Below are positions 17,101 through 24,768 of a DNA stretch of 27,940 nt, piece after piece. The translations under genes and the position numbers were made by a program. The notes under the pieces were generated by a model. That model did no database searches, was not told the origin of the DNA, and saw nothing but the letters and a program-made list of their open reading frames with translations. Source of the DNA: a virus (Duplodnaviria > Caudoviricetes); the IMG/VR virus record IMGVR_UViG_3300038566_000168, positions 1 through 27,940 of that record; one strand, 5' to 3'. The first letter of the stretch is position 1; each line of letters starts with the position of its first letter.

Positions 17101-18681
17101 GTTTAGTAGCTGATCACCTAGGCGCATACTACTATCGATATTGCTAAAGTCCGCAGGGCTTCCGATATTCGCAAGCTTCGTGCTTGTCTGACTTTGCGAT
17201 AGTTCCTTGGTTTGGTTATAAACCTTAACCTCTGCGGCATTCTTGGCGCTTGCGGTATACGCATCCCATGCCTTGACCCCGGCGTAGATACCAGCCGCGA
17301 TAAGACCAAGCCCGAGGATAACGGGTCCACCGGGAACGAACATAGCCATTGAGACTACGGCACGCTGCGCAGCGGCGGCAAGCGAAGCAAATCCAGCAAC
17401 AGCCGCAACCATTGCACCGCCAAGTAGTTTAAACCCCTTGATAAGGCCGCTTAGGATAGCCCCAAGCAAGGTAAGCTTCGATCCACCGTCTTTCGCCGCC
17501 GTCGAAAGAGCAAGCATGGAGCGAATACCTGTCGCGCGGAACAATAGCATGATGGCGTTAAGGGAAGAGAGTGATCCGATAACTGTTATGACGCCCGCCG
17601 TGATAGTCGTGATCCACCCCTTAGTTTCGGGGCTGAGTTCGCGGAACTGGCGAACAAGGTTCGTAATCCACTTTGCGACCGCCTCAATCGTGGGGGCTAG
17701 CTCTTCGCCGAGCGTCATTTGAATTTCGGTGATCGCGTTATGTAGCATCTGCATGGATGCGTCATACGTTGACATGTTTTTCAAGGCAACTTCGAGTGCT
17801 GCAACGGTCCCGCTGATTTGCCCGAGGTTCTGCCGATAGGCCGAAGTCATTTTACCTTGTTCGACCGTGGCGGATTTCATCATAGCGAGCGCGGCTGCAA
17901 GACCTTCGTTTTCGAAGATATTTGCAAGCTCCGCTGTGGACAAATTCTGCTTAGACAAATCCTGCATGATTTTCTCAAGATCACGCATGTTACCCGTGGC
18001 ATCGGTAGTAGCAATACCTAGACGCCGCAGGGTAGCCGCTGCCTGCCCGGTCGGGCGGATCAAGCGTACAATAACGTTCCGCAGGCCAGTACCCGCCTGT
18101 TCGCCGCGAAGACCAACGTTATAAAGCTGATCAAGCCAAGCAACCGTTTGTTCGATGGACAAGTTAGCAACCGACGCAACAGGCGCAACCTGCCGCATGG
18201 AGTAGGTAAGCTTATCCATGGTTGCTAGTGATGAGTTCATAGCCGCGACGTAGACGTTCGACACACGCCCCATATCGCTAGCCTCAAGGCCGAAAGCGCG
18301 GATCGCAGACGAAAGGCTGTCTGCCGCCGTGCCAACGTCCGTCATAGTAGCCATGGATAGCAGTAGCACGCCATTCATGCCCGCGAGGCTTTCCTGTGTG
18401 GAGAAACCTGCTTGTGCAAGCGATTGCAAGGCCCGCGTAGCATCGACCGCAGAGGTGGACGTTACAAGCGCAAAGTCACGAGACGCTTTGCTCATTTTTG
18501 CAATGTCAGTTGCCGTCGCCTGTGCGATAGCGCCTGTCATGGTTAGCTGTTTATTAAATTCCCTAAAGGCACTAAGCGATGCGCCAAACTGTGACGCAGA
18601 AGAGGTTAACAGGGCGAACGCTCCCGCCGCCCTGTGTAGATCGTCCGCAACACTGCCAAAATCCGTCGTCGCATACGCCAT
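14116..18681 (-). CDS. Tape measure protein (TP901-type core), 1521 aa
   Basis: LAQAGFS, G.RGEQAGTGLRN...RL, LGI...DATGNMRDL, C-terminal FADGG.V.G.GTGTSDSI.AWLS..EFVV. Long Ala-rich helical sequence. Confidence 0.95.
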   Translation of the reverse strand: MAYATTDFGSVADDLHRAAGAFALLTSSASQFGASLSAFREFNKQLTMTGAIAQATATDIAKMSKASRDFALVTSTSAVDATRALQSLAQAGFSTQESLAGMNGVLLLSMATMTDVGTAADSLSSAIRAFGLEASDMGRVSNVYVAAMNSSLATMDKLTYSMRQVAPVASVANLSIEQTVAWLDQLYNVGLRGEQAGTGLRNVIVRLIRPTGQAAATLRRLGIATTDATGNMRDLEKIMQDLSKQNLSTAELANIFENEGLAAALAMMKSATVEQGKMTSAYRQNLGQISGTVAALEVALKNMSTYDASMQMLHNAITEIQMTLGEELAPTIEAVAKWITNLVRQFRELSPETKGWITTITAGVITVIGSLSSLNAIMLLFRATGIRSMLALSTAAKDGGSKLTLLGAILSGLIKGFKLLGGAMVAAVAGFASLAAAAQRAVVSMAMFVPGGPVILGLGLIAAGIYAGVKAWDAYTASAKNAAEVKVYNQTKELSQSQTSTKLANIGSPADFSNIDSSMRLGDQLLNNALSKMYTESDPVDAVNVSTRALYHISQARDKLSEDVKALKDAEPQLAALFQARADLLKDLRVSVEAGDKKAAKEAQAMLDGTDLDAETAGKLQAFQDKYFQLSSKMKEVVAGGSKAVTAQRNAILDYLNSLSSGDAEWSGMLSKYSDTLNTGITDGGDRKRVTDIIMAKIEQGMPFSKEMIAQAILEAGGTEDSDIKAFLAPLLQQRVQKQLINVDAAIASVQAKTDQLHIAAKQAQLSLTKDVGEALKLATEIGNADLLKELNSATKTNSAAFDDAINQMLGGLTATLQDAGSSMQGIIDEAANGMGIDPLTLQGTDIGEILNGNALKEAISSQIDSSTTPEEINAIAEAEFAKYDALMTNLVNRIGDALNLPANVLGGLQRIAEVAMENIQATVIAGLNKTTANIQTAEKAATSRAKSGRKSGAKGAANKARNDARKAAKALRDAAKELNDAKQVYTDSVRGLSINERISISLDVDTRKAELEYDAKIAALKQKMEDADRSGNLTTSMRSQYEETLSYLEKTKQAEIDAADSFTEQMKRRSDAIDLFIRDMQDMAAESANTFAKVGAGIAAAFADYQSDLVTLTDITKEAVGGTLDALTSGISDFIFDNENAWENFKQTMLKISQQVFEGFTKSFLQQALSSLTDGGGSIFGNAQQPSSFGSTGTPSVGSGGLLGGIMSALGLGGKSTAKTSNVAPGVVGSATTKGGSAAGGGLLGGITGGTGGDSTDPIAQTMQAAAQKLEQIFTEFATNITKTLNDFGTKFSQALSQAIQSVQSGSGASGGFGGVSFSPVSSSAGGSSLGAISGGGGSGFLGQALGFLGKAFGFADGGQVTGKGTGTSDSILAWLSNKEFVVHSKATEEFLPLLHAINSGKVKKDDTKALFALVAGMGSKSTAAPAFANGGMVNSSGNFDPYRTFIAPTTKYMESAGVGTTARDFVQQQRTVTNSDNRQTTLSVSYNMNGNSGGDGFGRTANQHAKQLAKLLKKAQKNT

Positions 18682-18695
18682 CCGTGGTACTCCGA

Positions 18696-19148
18696 TTAGG
18701 TAAGTCTAGCATTTCTCGGTTTTCTGGGATGGGCAGGAGTAGTGCTTTCCTGTTGGCTCTCTTCGATGGTTGCTTCCATAGTCTTCCTACGTTCACGTTC
18801 AAAGTCGTGTTCATCGTTAGAACAGTGGTGCATGATCGCCATAATGGTCAGATAACGTGATGGTTGGTGGTCTAACCCACCGGGTGATGGAAGCAGCCCA
18901 TTTTGATAGCCAGCAAATGCCGAGATAGTCCGCGACCACCACTCAGGGTTTTCCTTAATGTAGATGCGAGGGCAACGGTCTTGTGGTTCTCCATTGGGCA
19001 GCTTCCAGTATTTATTTTGGCGAAGGGGATTCCCTGTTGCAGGCTCGGTGCAGCCTCTAAGCTTCTTTAACTCATCCGTGCAACTGGTGCATGACCAGTT
19101 TACGAAAGACTGCCTTCGGACGGCTGCGGTTGAGTAAGCAACTTTTTT
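18696..19148 (-). CDS. Tail assembly chaperone gpT-like extension reached by -1 frameshift
   Basis: Open -1 frame from the slippery site A AAA AAG (19148-19142) to TAA at 18698-18696, filling the gap up to the tape measure RBS. Contains GLLPSPGGLDHQP. Confidence 0.8.
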   Translation of the reverse strand, partial: KKVAYSTAAVRRQSFVNWSCTSCTDELKKLRGCTEPATGNPLRQNKYWKLPNGEPQDRCPRIYIKENPEWWSRTISAFAGYQNGLLPSPGGLDHQPSRYLTIMAIMHHCSNDEHDFERERRKTMEATIEESQQESTTPAHPRKPRNARLT

Positions 19149-19603
19149 TCGAAGGATTCTTCGATCCCGTTCAGCTCGAAGATGCGCTCCTGCAACTGCA
19201 AGACAATGTCATTCGTCAGGTGCGACATTGTGGCATCGTCTGGCCCTTCGAAGTTCGTCCCGTCCGCACGGCGGAAGGTTTCGGTCTTGAAGTTGAAAAC
19301 CTCGCCATCAGGCCCCGTGAAGTTGTCCCAGCCCTTGAGCGCACGACGAACTGTTGTCATGGAGCGTTTGGTGCGGTTTGCATGAATGCTGATCGCCCCG
19401 TCGCGCATGGTGGGCGAAGAGGTCATGTCGCCGATTTCAACACGGTCTGCCATGGTGAGGTTGCCGAGGTAGAAGATCGTGGGAGCTTCCGTGGACTCGC
19501 CCGCTTCAACAGCTTTTTTGTAAGCCGGGTTCTCGGGATTGCCGGGGTCTTCCGGTAGGATAAACTCGGATCGTTCCGAGAGGGAGATTCCATAGATCGC
19601 CAT
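19100..19603 (-). CDS. Tail assembly chaperone (gpG-like), 167 aa
   Basis: Between tail tube and tape measure. LKGWDNF motif, AGGAGG RBS, slippery EKK near the C-terminus. Confidence 0.85.
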   Translation of the reverse strand: MAIYGISLSERSEFILPEDPGNPENPAYKKAVEAGESTEAPTIFYLGNLTMADRVEIGDMTSSPTMRDGAISIHANRTKRSMTTVRRALKGWDNFTGPDGEVFNFKTETFRRADGTNFEGPDDATMSHLTNDIVLQLQERIFELNGIEESFEKKLLTQPQPSEGSLS

Positions 19604-19644
19604 TACTGTTGCGCCTCCTATGCGCTACTGCTATGTGCGGCCAG

Positions 19645-19812
19645 TTATTTTGTCGCGATGATTTTTCGGACCCTAGCCGCCCCTTCAATTTTGTCTGCAA
19701 TATCAGTTGCCGCCGCCTTGGTCAATTTGGCATCAACGATATAAAATACTTCTACACCGTTAGAGTCGTAAAGTCCAGCCGACTTTTCTATGAGATAGAT
19801 TGGTATGCGCAT
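19645..19812 (-). CDS. Small hypothetical protein, 55 aa (MRIPIYLIEKSAG...RVRKIIATK), absent from the ORF track
   Basis: ATG at 19812 with a GGGGG RBS, TAA at 19647-19645. Fills the gap between tube and chaperone genes. Confidence 0.65.
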   Translation of the reverse strand: MRIPIYLIEKSAGLYDSNGVEVFYIVDAKLTKAAATDIADKIEGAARVRKIIATK

Positions 19813-19824
19813 ATCTGCCCCCGT

Positions 19825-19838
19825 TGCAATCGATTGTA
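19825..19838. promoter_or_regulatory. 14-bp palindromic motif copy (TGCAATCGATTGTA)
   Basis: Between the tube-gene terminator and the RBS of the 55-aa ORF. Confidence 0.8.
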
Positions 19839-19843
19839 AGATG

Positions 19844-19874
19844 AAAAGGGGGCAGGAATTACCCCGCCCCCTTT
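19844..19874 (-). terminator. Rho-independent terminator after the major tail gene
   Basis: GGGGGCGGGG-UAA-UUCCUGCCCCC followed by UUUU. Confidence 0.85.
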
Positions 19875-19897
19875 AAGCCCACTGTCCGTTATTGTTA

Positions 19898-21475
19898 TTA
19901 GCAGAAGGCGATGCGGAGTTCGTCGTCACCGTAAGAGCTAAGGCCGTTCAGCGAGTATTCCGCTTCAAGCGTCGTGGTGCCGTTGCGGTCGCCGTAGGTC
20001 AAGCCCGTGTAGGTAACGCGTTCTGCATAGAAGCGGACGATATTGCCCTCTTCGGTCCCGACCCGGTTATGGATCGGGAATTGCGTTGCCTTCGAGAAGT
20101 TCTTCCACATACCCGTGTACGCTTCGTAGGTCGCTTCGGGGTTCAGTGCTGCGGTCGGTTCACGGTTCGAAATGATCGATCCATTGTAGCCGTCCGCCGC
20201 ATTCATGCAGTCGCGCGGGTTGATCGTGTTCGCCAACGTGTAGGTGAACGATTGTGCGCAGAAGTCGTTATCACCCATGATGGACATTTGGGCGAGTTCG
20301 ACTTGCGACGGTTGTGTCTCTTCGAGTGTGGCATCAAAGGGCATCGGCTCTTCGACGGGGTCTGCATAGTTGCAGGTAAACTCGAAGGTAGCTTTGCCAA
20401 GTCCGCCTGCTTCCCCGGTGAAGGTGACCGTACCCATGGAGGCCGTTGCGACGTGCAGCAAACCGTCCATGAAGACGTACAGCGTAAGGGAACCCATTTT
20501 CTTGCTCTCAGAGGTCGGGCGGTACATGTACCCTTCCTCGTAAAGCGAGACGATCCACATTTGGCCCTTCACGAGGTTACCCGCGAACGTCGGGGTAATT
20601 TCCGCGCCGCTGTCGCCGAGCGCAAGCGCAGTGGTACCGGATTCCACCGCAACCGCCGCTGCATTGCTTTCGAAACCAACAGTGATAACCGAACCAGTGG
20701 CCGAGGCCGTGATACGGGCGTCCGCGTCGATTTCTGCGGCAATAGCTGCGGCAATGTCATCGGTTGCAGATGCGGAGATTTCATCGGCTTCCGTAACATC
20801 ATAGGCAAAGGTCAAGCCGCAGATCGAAGTATACAACGTATCACCTTCGACGGGTACGCCGCCGACCGTGAACGTGAGGGCTTCCATATCCGAGGCATCA
20901 AGCGCGTAGGTCGAACCTGCATTCTTGTTGACACGGGCTTCGGTACGAGTGTTCGGCAACACCGTCGTGTCTTTCTCGGACGAGGCCCAGCGGGTGACAC
21001 GTAGCTTAGCAACAGTGGAAGCTCCGCCAAGTACGCACTCGACAAGGTACGACCCGAACTTGGAAGTCGGGGCCGTCGTCTTGGCCCACGTAACCGCAGC
21101 GCCTTTCGTGCTACCAAACACAATCGGAGTTTCGATCTGGGTTGCAGCGCCCGCCGTGATGATTTCTTCGCGGAAAGCGCAACCAAGCATCAGCGTACCG
21201 ATCTTGGGCCGCGTGATACCAACATCGCCAGACGATTTGATTTCATGCGAGAACGAGATATTGACCAGCTTACGGCCAACACCCTTGGGGATCGGGGAGA
21301 ACGACGGGCGCATGACGTTGCGGTCAAGTGTGGTCGGGTCGAGTTGCAGGCTCAGGTCGCCGACGAGGAAAGCGTCATCGAAGATCGTGGGATTGGAATC
21401 GACACCGCGAGTTGTCTCAAGTTTCGCAAGAACAAGGGAGCGTTCCGTGAGCATTTCGGGTTTTTGCGTGGTCAT
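19898..21475 (-). CDS. Major tail tube protein with a large inserted domain, 525 aa
   Basis: LAKLETTRG.D..PT...DA.LV N-terminus, tube-like C-terminal half (GTVTF...AG...ATFEF; G..EGNIV; YGDR.G; GDDEL.I.F), strong RBS, and a terminator downstream. Confidence 0.85.
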   Translation of the reverse strand: MTTQKPEMLTERSLVLAKLETTRGVDSNPTIFDDAFLVGDLSLQLDPTTLDRNVMRPSFSPIPKGVGRKLVNISFSHEIKSSGDVGITRPKIGTLMLGCAFREEIITAGAATQIETPIVFGSTKGAAVTWAKTTAPTSKFGSYLVECVLGGASTVAKLRVTRWASSEKDTTVLPNTRTEARVNKNAGSTYALDASDMEALTFTVGGVPVEGDTLYTSICGLTFAYDVTEADEISASATDDIAAAIAAEIDADARITASATGSVITVGFESNAAAVAVESGTTALALGDSGAEITPTFAGNLVKGQMWIVSLYEEGYMYRPTSESKKMGSLTLYVFMDGLLHVATASMGTVTFTGEAGGLGKATFEFTCNYADPVEEPMPFDATLEETQPSQVELAQMSIMGDNDFCAQSFTYTLANTINPRDCMNAADGYNGSIISNREPTAALNPEATYEAYTGMWKNFSKATQFPIHNRVGTEEGNIVRFYAERVTYTGLTYGDRNGTTTLEAEYSLNGLSSYGDDELRIAFC

Positions 21476-21493
21476 TGGGCAGTCCTTTCGTGC

Positions 21494-21976
21494 TTATATT
21501 AGCTTGTGGGGTTGGCGCAGGCGGGTCTTGTAGATAACTTTGGTTAGCCACGTTCCTCCGGGGTAAACCCCTTCTAACCCGACGATGGAATGGACATTGC
21601 CCACATCTTCGATGCTTTGGGCATTTTTAGATAGGTTATAGTCGCTCAGTATGTGGTGCTGTAGCAAGCCCAGATAATACTGGAACAAGGCTTGTTCATC
21701 AACACCGTATTGTGGCGTAAAGCGGAACGGGAAAAACACGGGTAATTCGTAGATGGAACAGCCCCCGTAAGAGTCCAGACGAACCTCTTCCCCGTAATCG
21801 ATACCTACGCACGGTGTTACCATATTATCGGCACCGTCAAGCTCTGTAGGGTATACCCGCGTCCACACAGGAGCGCCGCCGTCTTCCATCGCTTCAAGTT
21901 TATCGAGAAGATATTCGTGGATAACTTGGCGAACTGTGGGGCCTAGTGTAGCAGATACCTTAATTATGCTTTTCAT
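21494..21976 (-). CDS. Probable tail terminator / tail completion protein
   Basis: Size, position directly before the tube gene, and VRQVI...L..KL / TPCVGI pattern. Confidence 0.65.
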   Translation of the reverse strand: MKSIIKVSATLGPTVRQVIHEYLLDKLEAMEDGGAPVWTRVYPTELDGADNMVTPCVGIDYGEEVRLDSYGGCSIYELPVFFPFRFTPQYGVDEQALFQYYLGLLQHHILSDYNLSKNAQSIEDVGNVHSIVGLEGVYPGGTWLTKVIYKTRLRQPHKLI

Positions 21977-21979
21977 TGG

Positions 21980-22651
21980 TTACCTACCTTTACCTTTGGT
22001 GGTTACCCGCGCGATGGGGCCGAGGTCGATACGGGAAATTTCACTCATCATGATTTGGCCGAACTGTGCAAACATTCCCATTTTATTCCTGTTCCAAGCT
22101 TTCGAGATAAACCCGGTGTGCTTAGACAATGTTACACTATCAACAAGGACGTACAAAAGAACGAGCGACCCGCCAGCCGATCTATAGGCAATATACAGCT
22201 TTCCCGTTTTCTTGGATTTGTAGATAAAGCTTCCGACGTTTTTCCATGAGCGCGGGCCGGGTAGCTTAGGCGTACCGTCCGCCCGTAGCGCCGCTGGAAG
22301 GGGTATTGCAAGCGCGTGAGCGTTGCTTGGTAGGATGGTTGCGCCGTTTTCGTGGGCGGCAATATACGACGGACCCATAATATGCCCGCGTAGGTTCCCG
22401 AACCGCTGCCCGAATGCCCGAATACCAGCAAGCATCTTTTGCTCCGACCGTCCCGTTCTGCGCATACCGGATTGACGGAATGCGTCGATTACAGTGGCGT
22501 GAAGGGTTTCCCGCAATACCTCCCGCATAAGACGGGCCATACGTGTCTCAGCACGCCCAGAAAAGCCTATAGCCCCACGAAGGGGGCCGAACGCGCCAGC
22601 GGTGGCATTAGCTAGGTCTGCGTTGAAGACTCGAATAGTTCTGTTGCTCAT
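21980..22651 (-). CDS. Neck / virion morphogenesis protein (Mu gpG / HK97 gp10-like)
   Basis: Basic protein with RTGR and YIAAHENGATI.P.....LAIP motifs. Confidence 0.7.
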   Translation of the reverse strand: MSNRTIRVFNADLANATAGAFGPLRGAIGFSGRAETRMARLMREVLRETLHATVIDAFRQSGMRRTGRSEQKMLAGIRAFGQRFGNLRGHIMGPSYIAAHENGATILPSNAHALAIPLPAALRADGTPKLPGPRSWKNVGSFIYKSKKTGKLYIAYRSAGGSLVLLYVLVDSVTLSKHTGFISKAWNRNKMGMFAQFGQIMMSEISRIDLGPIARVTTKGKGR

Positions 22652-23292
22652 CGCGTCCCGACCATGGGCGAAGCCTCAGAGCGCAAAAGCGCCTGTGCTT
22701 CCATCACTAGCCCATTGGCTCCTACCTTGAAGTTGGATAAGCCTACGCGGTCCTGTTTCTGCGATACCCCGCTAGTCCGGTTCTTGACGCGCTGATACAG
22801 GAAAGCGGCTTGGATGGCCGCAGCCCCCGTAACGTGGTCAGGGCCGAGGACAAGTGAGGCGTCGGTATCGTCAAGTTCGTACCCGCCGCGATAATCAATC
22901 CGAAGCACCCTATCATGGGCTGTAAGCTTGTACGGGTATACTGTGACAAGCCCGCGTGAAGCGTCGAGTTGATAGCTGCTTGCTGGCTGGGTTTCCGCAT
23001 CATCCCAGCGCCCGCTCCCCATGAGCTTTAAGGAGAAAGCCGCTGATGTATCGATGGGCTTTTCTTTGAGTGAAAGAGTAAAGGCGTTGCGTCCAATGTT
23101 GAGAGCGCGGTCAACGGTAATACTGGAAGCGTATTCCGTATAATCCCCGATTACCCACTCACGGCGAGTATACTTGCGGATCATAGCGGTAGCGTCTTCG
23201 ATGCAGGCGGTGATGAGGTCATCGTCCGCCAAGTATTCCACAGGCGAGTTCGACCGTTTCTTTACTGCATCGACCGTACAAAATTTATACAT
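22648..23292 (-). CDS. Head-tail connector (adaptor) protein
   Basis: FCTVDAVK...DDDLI..CIEDAT.MI.KYT.R and IDY.GGY...P..V..AA motifs. Confidence 0.8.
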   Translation of the reverse strand: MYKFCTVDAVKKRSNSPVEYLADDDLITACIEDATAMIRKYTRREWVIGDYTEYASSITVDRALNIGRNAFTLSLKEKPIDTSAAFSLKLMGSGRWDDAETQPASSYQLDASRGLVTVYPYKLTAHDRVLRIDYRGGYELDDTDASLVLGPDHVTGAAAIQAAFLYQRVKNRTSGVSQKQDRVGLSNFKVGANGLVMEAQALLRSEASPMVGTR

Positions 23293-23305
23293 TCTCGCCT
23301 CCGCT

Positions 23306-23319
23306 TATAATCGATTGCA
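23306..23319. promoter_or_regulatory. Motif copy TATAATCGATTGCA
   Basis: Between a GC hairpin (23320-23343) and the GGAGG RBS of the adaptor gene. Confidence 0.7.
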
Positions 23320-23351
23320 GCGGCGAGGTGTTACCCCCGCCGCCATGTTTG

Positions 23352-23684
23352 TTACCGACGTTTTTTCATCGGACGCTTGCGGATCGTCGTTCGGACTTCG
23401 CGGCTTGCTTCGAGGCGGCGTGCGCGGGGTGACGTATCAATGTCGATACGGACACCACGCTCGATACGAAACAACGGCTTTTCGTAAAGTTCGCCGTCGC
23501 TATCGTAGGAGTCTTCGACGAGGTCTTCGAGCATGTCCAAGAGGTCTTTGTCTTCGATGGTCTTCGGTTCGTTACGGGTGAACCGCAAGCTTTCCAGCGG
23601 AGCAACGGGCGTGGACTTGGGATGGCGAAGAGTATACGTCTCCCCGCGAATTAGTGTGGCCTGATCGACCAGCTTAGTTGCCAT
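23352..23684 (-). CDS. YqbF-like protein (skin/PBSX-type head-associated)
   Basis: ATLIRGETY...F....PKTI resembles the B. subtilis YqbF N-domain; directly follows the capsid gene. Confidence 0.6.
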   Translation of the reverse strand: MATKLVDQATLIRGETYTLRHPKSTPVAPLESLRFTRNEPKTIEDKDLLDMLEDLVEDSYDSDGELYEKPLFRIERGVRIDIDTSPRARRLEASREVRTTIRKRPMKKRR

Positions 23685-23749
23685 GATATGAGCGTCCTTC
23701 TTTCTATAAACTTCGGTTTCGTTTGGTGTGTGACGCCGAAGTTTCCCGA

Positions 23750-24706
23750 TTAGCCGAGGTTGACCGCTTTCACGACCATGTCTTCTTGTTCGAGCTTGAA
23801 GTCATAGCGCATGGTGAACACGATGATAAGGACGCGCTCGCGCGTGTCTTTGGCAAATTCCATACGCATGTTGCGCTGGACGCCGAACAGCAGGTTCGAC
23901 GGGTCCATCATGAGGGCCGAGGACGAGGGCATCGCCGCAGCACCTTTCATCGGGATACCGAAGGGCGAGAAGTTCTGCCCATCGCCCGCAACCAGCACAG
24001 CATCACCAAGCCCGGTCTGACGCTGAGCCACTTGCAGCATGTACTGCAAACGCTTGTTGTGCGAGACGTAGAACTTGTAGCGGTTCAGCACCCGCTTGAA
24101 CTTGTCGGGCAAGGTCTGGATCATGTCGTTGAACGTGACCGCATCGAGGGCCGCGCCGCCGTTGTTCACGACGTTGGACACTGCTTGCAGTAGCACGCCG
24201 TCACGCTCAGCGAGGAACGAGTCAGCGGATGCGGTATCGCCGTTCAGGACGCCGTCTTCAATATCGATGCGGATGCGTTCGGCAAGCTTGGTCAAGACCG
24301 TTGCTTGGAAACGGGTAGCATCGATGGCACCGCCTTCGATGTTGTCTTCGAGCACTTCATAGGGCAAGTTGACTTCGGCGATGACTTCGAAGGTATCGAG
24401 TTCAACCTTCGAGGTGGTGACCTTGACACGATCCGCACGCGACAGCGCACGAGTACCTTCTTCGCCCGAAAGCGGCGAGGAAATGACGCCTTGGTTCGCA
24501 ACACGCAGAGCACGGGTCGCGAGGTCGAGCTTGTTCACGGTCATTTTCGGACGCGACATATTGATCATGCGCGTGTCGTCAAGGAACGCGGTGTCTTCGG
24601 TCAAGATGCGCAGGAACGTGTTTTGCTGTTCCGGCAGCATCAGGCCAGCGTTTGCCATGTCTGCGAGGGCAATGTCAGCCTTAGCGAGCATTTGCTTGAG
24701 GTTCAT
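23750..24706 (-). CDS. Major capsid protein (HK97 fold, XkdG/PBSX-like), 318 aa
   Basis: AGLMLPEQ...F, LPYEVLEDNIEG, LNGDT.S.D.FL...DG.L, DP.NL.FG.QR.MR.E. Strongly biased codon use and a strong RBS. Confidence 0.93.
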   Translation of the reverse strand: MNLKQMLAKADIALADMANAGLMLPEQQNTFLRILTEDTAFLDDTRMINMSRPKMTVNKLDLATRALRVANQGVISSPLSGEEGTRALSRADRVKVTTSKVELDTFEVIAEVNLPYEVLEDNIEGGAIDATRFQATVLTKLAERIRIDIEDGVLNGDTASADSFLAERDGVLLQAVSNVVNNGGAALDAVTFNDMIQTLPDKFKRVLNRYKFYVSHNKRLQYMLQVAQRQTGLGDAVLVAGDGQNFSPFGIPMKGAAAMPSSSALMMDPSNLLFGVQRNMRMEFAKDTRERVLIIVFTMRYDFKLEQEDMVVKAVNLG

Positions 24707-24730
24707 GGGTAAGTACCTTTCTTGTATCGG

Positions 24731-24744
24731 TGCAATCGATTGTA
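24731..24744. promoter_or_regulatory. 14-bp palindromic motif copy (TGCAATCGATTGTA)
   Basis: 24 nt upstream of the capsid ATG. Confidence 0.8.
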
Positions 24745-24768
24745 ACGACGTTGCGTTGGTTGCGTGGC

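Noticed and set aside
19892-21004. 370-aa plus-strand ORF
   Set aside because: Antisense shadow of the codon-biased tail tube gene.
23708-23744. Hairpin AAACTTCGG...CCGAAGTTT after the capsid gene as an ncRNA
   Set aside because: Adequately explained as an mRNA-stabilising or attenuating stem after a highly expressed gene.
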